64,000 nt of DNA from Schizochytrium sp. TIO01. Its lineage: Eukaryota > Protista > Bigyra: Labyrinthulomycetes. Below are positions 56,632-64,000 of this stretch, piece by piece. Position 1 is the stretch's first letter. Each line of letters begins with the position of its first letter. The translations under genes were made by a program, and so were the position numbers. The notes beneath the pieces are model-generated. The model worked only from the letters and a program-made list of their open reading frames with translations. It was not told the DNA's origin and did not search any database. The stretch is from NCBI GenBank assembly GCA_004764695.1, contig SMSO01000007.1, positions 868,001 through 932,000 of the forward strand. The letters are read 5' to 3'.

Positions 56632-57783
56632 AAGTCACCCACAAAGTCGATGAAAATCGGTCCTTAGGTTGAAGAAAAGGGCGCGTGCCTTAAGATTGGT
56701 CATCTTTCGTCGATTGCGCAGAAGTAAGAAAGAGCCTCCATAGTAAGGGGGGCCTTTTTGGAGTTCGGGTGCATTCATTCCTCGAGGCCATTTAGAGCTG
56801 TCGAGCAGGCATCAAGAACCGAGGCCGCAGAGACCGCTTGGGCTGCGCAAATCTTGGCGTCGAGCTCCTGGCACACACAAAACATAAACACACGCACACG
56901 CACAGAGCTGCGAAGACGTGTAAGGAAAGAAGCCCAGACATCGGGATGTCTTGGAGTAACACGGCGAGGTTGAAACTGGACATTTCGCCTTTAAGCATTT
57001 TGTCTTAAAATGTGCGCGTACATGGAAATAGAAGGCACGAATGACGAAGATGGCACTTTGAAGGCCAATTGAGAATCGCTGTCCGGTTTTGTCAAGGCTG
57101 TTCGAGTTCGAAGAGGATCGCGTTTTGTGGAGCGTGCGCTGGTGAGGTCTCTGCAGCTCGAAGCCTGAGTATTCCGTCAGTGCGACGCGGGGCGGTGAAG
57201 AGAGGAATGAGGGTTCTGCGTTTCATTGTTTGAAAGAACAGAGTGGAATTCGGATCATCAGTTTTCAAAAGAGAGAAGAACAATAAAGTAAAGAGCGAGG
57301 CGACATACCTCTTTTTTAATTTAAGAAGAAAAAGGAGAAGCAATAAATGAAAACCAAGATAAGCCAAATTGAAGCCCATTCCAAGATCCTCCGGAACCGC
57401 ACCAGTCAACCACTCAAAATCAAGCGAGCTACGCAAAACGCATAACCAAAAGAAATAGCCAGCCGAGCGCTACTAAGCTCTGCGTCCGGATATTTCTTCA
57501 CCCTCGAGGCGCGGAAACGGGCGCTTTTTGCACAGGGCCCATTCAGAGCTAGCTATCAATAAATCTCCAAAGAATGCCTGCCTGCCTGGCTGCCTGCCTG
57601 GCTGCCTGCCTGGGGCCCGCAGTTGGCCCTCCCTTCAGCGGTCCCCTCCAGATTCAGCAGGCGTGTAGTGTGGTCTGCGGGGCTAAAGGTTGTGCGTAGT
57701 GTCGAGCTGCGGGGTCGAAAGACCCGGCGCGCTGTCTGAGACCGCTTTTCCTTTTCCTTTCCCGCTGAGCGAGCGATGTTTCG

Positions 57784-57863
57784 AAAACCTCTGCGTTTAA
57801 AAACCTCTGCGTTTGAAAACCTCTGCGTTTGAAAAACTTGGCATTTGAAAACCGCTGCGTTTG
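57784..57863. repeat. 16-bp tandem minisatellite, 5 copies (AAAACCTCTGCGTTTG)
   Basis: Units: AAAACCTCTGCGTTTA, AAAACCTCTGCGTTTG x2, AAAAACTTGGCATTTG, AAAACCGCTGCGTTTG. Confidence 0.92.
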
Positions 57864-60800
57864 AACGTATTGCAGAGTCCAAACTTCAACTTGACTCCAA
57901 GTTCGATCGAGTTCTTTCTTTCTTTCATAAATCCTGACGAAGCAAAGCAAAGCAAAGCAAGAAAGCAAGAAAGCAAGGCTAGCCAGCTGAAGAAGCGGCA
58001 GCCGAAGAGGTCTCGCTCGCTGGAAACTCAGAGTCCACGGACTGTCTTTTGTCTGACTGTTTGTCTGTCTGTCTGACCGTCTGACTGTCGCCAAGACCGC
58101 CCGTTCTGGATCCCGTCGCGTCTTGAGCGAGCTGGAGAACCGCGCGGCGGCGGCCTTGGAGGCGCTGGCGGGTTCAACTTGAAGTTGGCTTTGCTTTGCT
58201 CAGGACGGCAGGGCTTGGAGGAGGCCGAGGAGGAGCCGCAGACAAGGCCTCGAGGACTGGTTCTTCGCCACCAGGTGCCGGCGGCACTGCCGTCGTCGTG
58301 ATACACAGGCAGTGGATGTACTTGGACTTGGTGCGTCAAGACTGAGATGCCAAGGTACCCTGAGGTGCCGAGGCACTGACTGGTACGCCTGAAAGTTGAG
58401 CCTGTTCTCCGGGTGGAGCACTCAGAAGTTCAACTTGAGTTGGAGTGGGTGAATCAACTTGGCTTGCAGCTTCAACGCAGGTACCTAGGATTGAACTGGA
58501 GAAGATACCGTCGACAGCCTCTGCCAGAAGCACAAGGCGCTCCAGATTCCCGAGCGAGCTCGTTCCTCAGGTTTGTTTGTACAAATGCTTGCACGATGGC
58601 ACAGCCACGCCCGTTTATCCATTTCCATCCCACCTGTACGTTCATTCATGCGATCTCCCATCCATGATTGTGTCCGTGTTCTATGACGAAGACCGATTCC
58701 AAAGGCACCGCCACGGTCCCAGGCCCCTTCGATAGTCGCCGCGGTCTGCAAGTGATTCCGTACGCCCAAGGGACGTCGCAGGGCTTCCTGTGCAAGTGCT
58801 CGAACTTCAAGACTGCCGCAAATGCCGCAAACAATCGTGCTAATTCGGCAATTCTGGCTGAGCTGAGCTGAGCTGAGAGCACCAAAGGGACTCCTGAGTT
58901 TGAAGACTTGGGGCAGTTAGCTTCTTCTTTCTGTGTTGGTGTCGTCTGTTATTCTCTTTCTTCAAGGCCGCCGAAGCTAGAACTGCCATCGGTTTGATCT
59001 GTGCAGTAGATCTCTTGACGAGGTTGATCTCATCCCGAGCCACCGCATCCTTGAAAACGGCGAGCGAAACTAATTCGATTGCTGTTTCTCTGTTAGTTTC
59101 ATTGGTTTTAATTTTTCAGTAGTTTCTATCTTTTTGCCAAGTCATTTTAAAATGAATTTTGAAATGAATTTTGTTTTAACATAAATTTATATTTTAAAAA
59201 AAAAAAAAAAAAAAAAAGTTAAGAAAAGGATAAAAGTTTCAAACGAAAGAATGGCTTTTGAAACCGAAAAGAAAACTTGAAAGTTTGAAAGCTGAAAGTT
59301 GAAAGTTGAAAGTGAAGACAAGAGACAGGATACTGTTATTTATTTCTTTCGAGCTCGAGTCCAAATTGCAGCCAGCCCAGGCTCTTCTGCCATGAGCGGC
59401 AGAATACGCAAGCAGCGTCCAGGAGGTCCTAGACGCGATACGCAGACAGCCAGTCACGTCCAGAGGTCACTCGGATCGCATCGCAGCGCAGCGCAGCGCG
59501 AGCATCTTGACCTCTCGAGTACTTACCACCCCTAAAGCTTCGATGTGGTTTGGCGTCGAATAGTTCTTCCTTCCCTTCGGAACCTGCCTCGTCGATTGCT
59601 ATGAAAATATCAAGCGATATGCCTACACTCTGAGAGGCAGCGAGTTGAAACCTTTCGGAAACTTGGCCTATACTCACTCGCGCCAAAACAATCGCTCAGT
59701 GCGCATTCTTGTATCATCATCCGCTCTTCCTTCGTATAGATTGATTGATTGATTGATTGATTGATTTCCAGAGAGAGATTGAAGAAGTACGATCCATTCA
59801 TCCGCAAACTACAGCTTGAGTCAGTCTCTGCTGCGACAGATTGCGCGCCCCTTTATTAGCACCAGACTGGTGTATTTACATTGACTTTAATATATACTGA
59901 TGGCGCTGGGTCCTGTGGAAAATGCAGCCCTAAGCTAGGGGACGGGAAGGGGGCGTCTGAGGAGAAATAAACAAAGCCCGAAGAAAGCAAGCTTTCATTA
60001 ATACTACTCTTGATTTGTTGATTTTTTTTTATCATTTTTTTTTTTCTATTTGATCGATAAAACAAAATAAAATAAAACAAAAATAAAAAGACATGCACAG
60101 AAACTTGAAAGGCTCAAGACTTCGCTCGAAGCTGCGCGAGAGGAGCTCTTGCGCGAAGAAAGCCGCAGAATCAGCTTCGATCTAGCGAACGCAGGAGGAG
60201 ACAGCTCCCGCAGACACACAGCGGGCGGCCTGCGAGGCCGAGCTCCAGCCCAAGCCGGGAGCCGCGGGCGGTTTCTTTCTGCGTCTGATGTTCTTCGTTC
60301 TTCGTTTGTAGATATGTATATATAGAGAGAGAAGGAGCGGAATCAGGCCGATTTTTCAAACTTCGAAAGAACTTCTCTTCGAACTCCAAAGTTCAACCCG
60401 CTCATTTATCGCCAGCGCCGACCCGAGCGGGCTCCAGGCCGTTGCGCGGAGGGGTCTCGTTCGCCAGGCCGGGCCCGCAAGCCCTGGAGCCTTGAAGGTC
60501 TCGAGGATTCATGATCGCAAGCGGCTCTTGAGGGGATAATTTCCACTCGCCCAAGTTTATGATCACCGTCTGTCTGCCTGGTAAAATCTGCTATCGCAGC
60601 AGCCAGCTTCTCTGCGTCTCTGCGCTTGGAAGGCGAGGACCGCGCAGCCTCTTCCGTGGCGGGCCCGAAGCGCCTGGGCCTGAGGGCTTGCGGCGGCATC
60701 TTGGCCAGAGTCTTCGTCATCGTCATCGGCAGCATCATCGCCATCCTCGTCGTTGTTGCACTGCGCTGAAGAAGAAAGAGGTTTTCTGTCTCTGGTTCAA

Positions 60801-60974
60801 GTTTTTGGAATTTGAATTTATAGAATTTGAATTGTTGGAATTTGAATTTGGGGAGAAGGGGGAAAAAACAAAACAATAATACTAATAATACTAATCATGA
60901 ATAGAAATGATTTTGAAGAAAGAGAGAAAGAACTTGAAGAGCAAAGAACCTCTCGAATTCAAAAACTTGAGAAT

Positions 60975-61085
60975 GATTTGAATTTTGAATTTTGAATGTT
61001 GAACTTCGAAAGCGAAGGCTTCGAGTTCGAGTTCGAGTTTGAATTTGAATTTGAATTCGCATTCGCATTCGCATTGGCATTCGCA
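60975..61085. repeat. Graded hexamer array (TTTGAA / TTCGAG / TTCGCA)
   Basis: Directly visible. Confidence 0.85.
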
Positions 61086-62087
61086 TGTAAACTTGGATTT
61101 GGGTTGGACTCCAAAGCCTGGGACGGCAGGCAAAGCAAGCGCTGCGAGCCTTCGAAGACACGAGAGGCGGCGGCGACCCAGAGGATTCCTGACCTGCCGC
61201 AGATCGACAACCGCGTAGGGAGGAGCGCTAGTTCGACTTTCGGCGGCGGAAGCCAAGCTTGGCTCTGATGAAACGACGAGGTTCGACGCGGCGGATCTTT
61301 CTGTCGCCTCCTGTCCTGTGGACTTTGAAAGCGCCTTGGGATCGACCATCAGCTTGAAGGCGAAGAAGCGGCGGTCGTCGGAGGCAGGAGCAAAACGACT
61401 CGCCCGGGCGGTGCGTAACCCGCCGATCCAGGCACCGAGGAGCTTCAAGCCCTGGCAAGCGAGCAAGTGTGGTCAGCGAGAGAGCTGTTGAGCGAGTGCA
61501 TTCGATCTATCTATCGATCTATCTATCGATCGATCAGTCAGCCAATCAATCAATGAATGAATGAATGAACTACTCATTCTTTCCACTCGAGTTCGTTCGT
61601 ACGCTTGCTCGCTCACTCATGCGGTGCATTCATGCAGTGCATGCACAGAACTTCGGATGGAGAAGGTGAGCCAAAGGTCCAAGCGCAAGCTCGAGCTCGG
61701 GCGGGCTGCGCTCTGTTGTGCTTCGTCGGTGCACTCCGCGTAGATTTGCAGCGGATAGTGGGTACATAATATCTAGTTCAAAGTTGCTGGATTCGCTCGC
61801 TTATTGTTGCTGTTTTTGATGTTGATGTTGATGTTGATGGTGGTGTTCTTCCGCCGCTTCAAGTCCTGGCTTTACTCTAGAGAAAGGTCGGTTCCTTGTC
61901 GCGAAGGGGAGGCGTGAAAAGCTCGTTCGACAAGACCACGTGAACGAGCGAGGGAGGACCAGACAGTGCCAGCTGCGAGAACTGGCGCTGCCGGAGGATA
62001 ACTGCTTGTTTGCTTGCTTGCTAGGTTGGTGCATCTCTTCCGCAGAAAAGGGCTTCGATTCGGTGGCCTTGCTTCGAGTTGGTTTCG

Positions 62088-62174
62088 ATCAATCAATCAA
62101 TCAATCAGTCAATCAATATCAATCAATCAATCAATCAGTCAATCAATATCAATCAATCAATCAATCAATCAATC
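62088..62174. repeat. (ATCA)n microsatellite with a duplicated higher-order unit
   Basis: Directly visible; a shorter (ATCA)n also occurs at 194-220. Confidence 0.9.
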
Positions 62175-62971
62175 GAGAAAACTTTGAACTTTGAATAGAA
62201 AGGGACACTGACATCTTCTTTGGCTTTGAATCAGAAGGTAGGTAGGTACCTATTAATTTTCATTGGGTTTTCTTTAGAAAGAAATGCACTGTGCAAAGAA
62301 ACAGCGCCGGCTTTGGCAAAAGAAAGACTCGAAAGCGGAGGAGAAGAGAAGGTGTCGTTCTGTTTAGAAGGAAGAAATACATTCGGGCGCGCAGCAGGAG
62401 GTAGGTAGGGACTACTACGTACTCTCCAAAATTACACGGTCGCGGGATCGTCCAGGTGTTGCCAACTTGAGGTTGAAGAGAGAGAATCGGCAGTTAAGAG
62501 CACCCCCCTCCTCTGCCGTGCTCTTGTTGACCAAAGAAGAGAACCTTGCTTTATTTTTGTTTTCGAATTCCTTTTGGGACCCGATTTTCTCTTTGAAGTT
62601 CTTCTTAGCAGTGTCTTCGCACTTTGATTCTTTTTATTTTTATTCTTTCTTTCTTCAAGTTTAAGTTGCGTTGAAAGAAAGAATGAAAAGTGAAAATTTC
62701 ATTTAAACAAAAGATACTTGAGGAAGGCGTTCCGTCTGGATCGAAAAGGTAGTAGTATTATTTTTAGTAGTAAGAGTAGTAGTATTATTATTAGTAGCAG
62801 CAGTACCTGGCGACAGGCGATCCTCAAAACCGCATCCTCCAACACAAAGAGGGTAGAGGAAAGCAGACCGTAGAAGGTACTTTAATAAAAACAAAACAAA
62901 ACAAGTAAAGCCAAAGAGGAAAAGTAACAAAGAGCCTCGAGAAGGTCGGCAAACTCCAAACCTGTGTCAAG

Positions 62972-64000
62972 ATGTCCGAGGCATTGCTCTCGGAAGTCTG
63001 GGATGACAGCGAGGTGGCCGCGGCGGCGGGCCTCGACGAGGAGGCAACCCAGAAGCTCGCAATGATGACTGAAGACGATGTGGCACCTGACCAGGAGGAC
63101 GATGAAGTTATAATCGTGGAGCACAGACCTGCCTCTTCCTGTGAACAACAATCAAAACAGCAAGAACTTGTATTTCCACAAGGAGGAGCGGAACAAAATC
63201 AAAATAGCTTTGAGGATGCCCTCGACAGCTCACCTCAAGACCAGAGGCAGCATAGAACACAGAGAGTAAATCGAAATCACTCAACGGATGCTGCAATCGT
63301 GCCTGGGAAACTTACACGGCGCGATGAATTGTCTTGTGCACAAAATGTTGAGCCTAACTCGTACCTGCTTACGGGGGTGCAAGACAATAATGCAAATCAA
63401 GGTGAAAACCACTTGGTTAATGACAGCGAACCTAGCTTGAAGAGCAGCAGCAGCAACAGCAGTAGAAATGGTTCCGGCAAGATATCAAAAAGAGCTCAAT
63501 TGACGGAAGCAGCCCAAGATAGCGGAAACGCTGTGAGTGGAACTGCAAGAAACGCTGCAAATGGGTTTGACAAAGTCATGCTTAGTCTGCTCAGTATTTC
63601 GGACACGGATGTGGTGCTGACGGAATTCTTCGAAGAGTTTGAGGGCCTTGAACCACTCCAAGCCTGTGGTGAAGAACACGTGAATTGGGAAGATTCGTGC
63701 TGTGATACAGGCAGTGAACACTCGAATCACAACAACAATAGCAGCAATGGCCAGCACCACTGTATTCATCAGCTTAATCAACATAATGAAGCTAGCTTAC
63801 ATAAGCAACTTGCTACGACAGGCAGTAGCAACGGTCGCAACAGCAGCAGTTGTAGTAACAGTCCACGGCAGAGCCTTCACAGCCACAAACACAGACAAAC
63901 TTCAAGAAATCGAGGACATATAAGCCAGACAGTGCAAGATTGCTCATCCAATCAACTCTTGGATAGCGGGACCTTTGACGTGGAGCCTTCTAGCAAGATG
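62972..64000 (+). CDS. 5' part of an ORF truncated by the window edge; acidic, Ser/Asn/Gln/His-rich disordered N-terminus
   Basis: Manual translation from ATG 62972 (MSEALLSEVWDDSEVAAAAGLDEEATQKL...DVEPSSKM) is open for 343 codons to the last base. It is absent from the ORF track because no stop is reached. Confidence 0.8.
   Translation, partial: MSEALLSEVWDDSEVAAAAGLDEEATQKLAMMTEDDVAPDQEDDEVIIVEHRPASSCEQQSKQQELVFPQGGAEQNQNSFEDALDSSPQDQRQHRTQRVNRNHSTDAAIVPGKLTRRDELSCAQNVEPNSYLLTGVQDNNANQGENHLVNDSEPSLKSSSSNSSRNGSGKISKRAQLTEAAQDSGNAVSGTARNAANGFDKVMLSLLSISDTDVVLTEFFEEFEGLEPLQACGEEHVNWEDSCCDTGSEHSNHNNNSSNGQHHCIHQLNQHNEASLHKQLATTGSSNGRNSSSCSNSPRQSLHSHKHRQTSRNRGHISQTVQDCSSNQLLDSGTFDVEPSSKM

Noticed and set aside
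56026-56672. MYVC / IHTY repeat ORFs
   Set aside because: Translations of the (CATA)n microsatellite.
57784-57863. CRISPR-like repeat array
   Set aside because: Units are contiguous with no spacers, only 16 bp long, in a eukaryotic context with no cas genes.

Overview
Eukaryotic, intron-poor, microsatellite-rich DNA. The gene set (flagellar CFAP74, few GT-AG introns, SSR-filled intergenic DNA) suggests a flagellate stramenopile, probably a thraustochytrid/labyrinthulomycete (inference). There are 13 probable protein genes: a CudA/p53-fold-like transcription-factor candidate, CFAP74, a beta-propeller lactonase (2 exons), a CCCH-Angel phosphatase, LRRC61, a coiled-coil protein, an EF-hand-like protein, a 1697-aa protein with five THAP-like repeats fused to an RBBP4/MSI1 WD40 module, a TF-like protein tethered by three TM2 domains, an ABCG half-transporter, fibrillarin, CCDC86/Cgr1 and a divergent PIMT (2 exons). 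A further ORF, missed by the ORF track, runs off the right edge. A ~3.9-kb AT-rich block of decayed genes (PAN/Apple surface protein and P-loop NTPase) interrupts a hexamer microsatellite, and a ~10.7-kb gene-poor stretch precedes the last ORF. The best novelty candidates are the THAP-like-repeat/RBBP4 fusion (a possible one-protein DNA-targeted histone chaperone) and the triple-TM2 membrane-tethered TF candidate. No rRNA, tRNA, CRISPR array or intact transposon was recognised. All family calls are by-eye motif recognition, not database searches.
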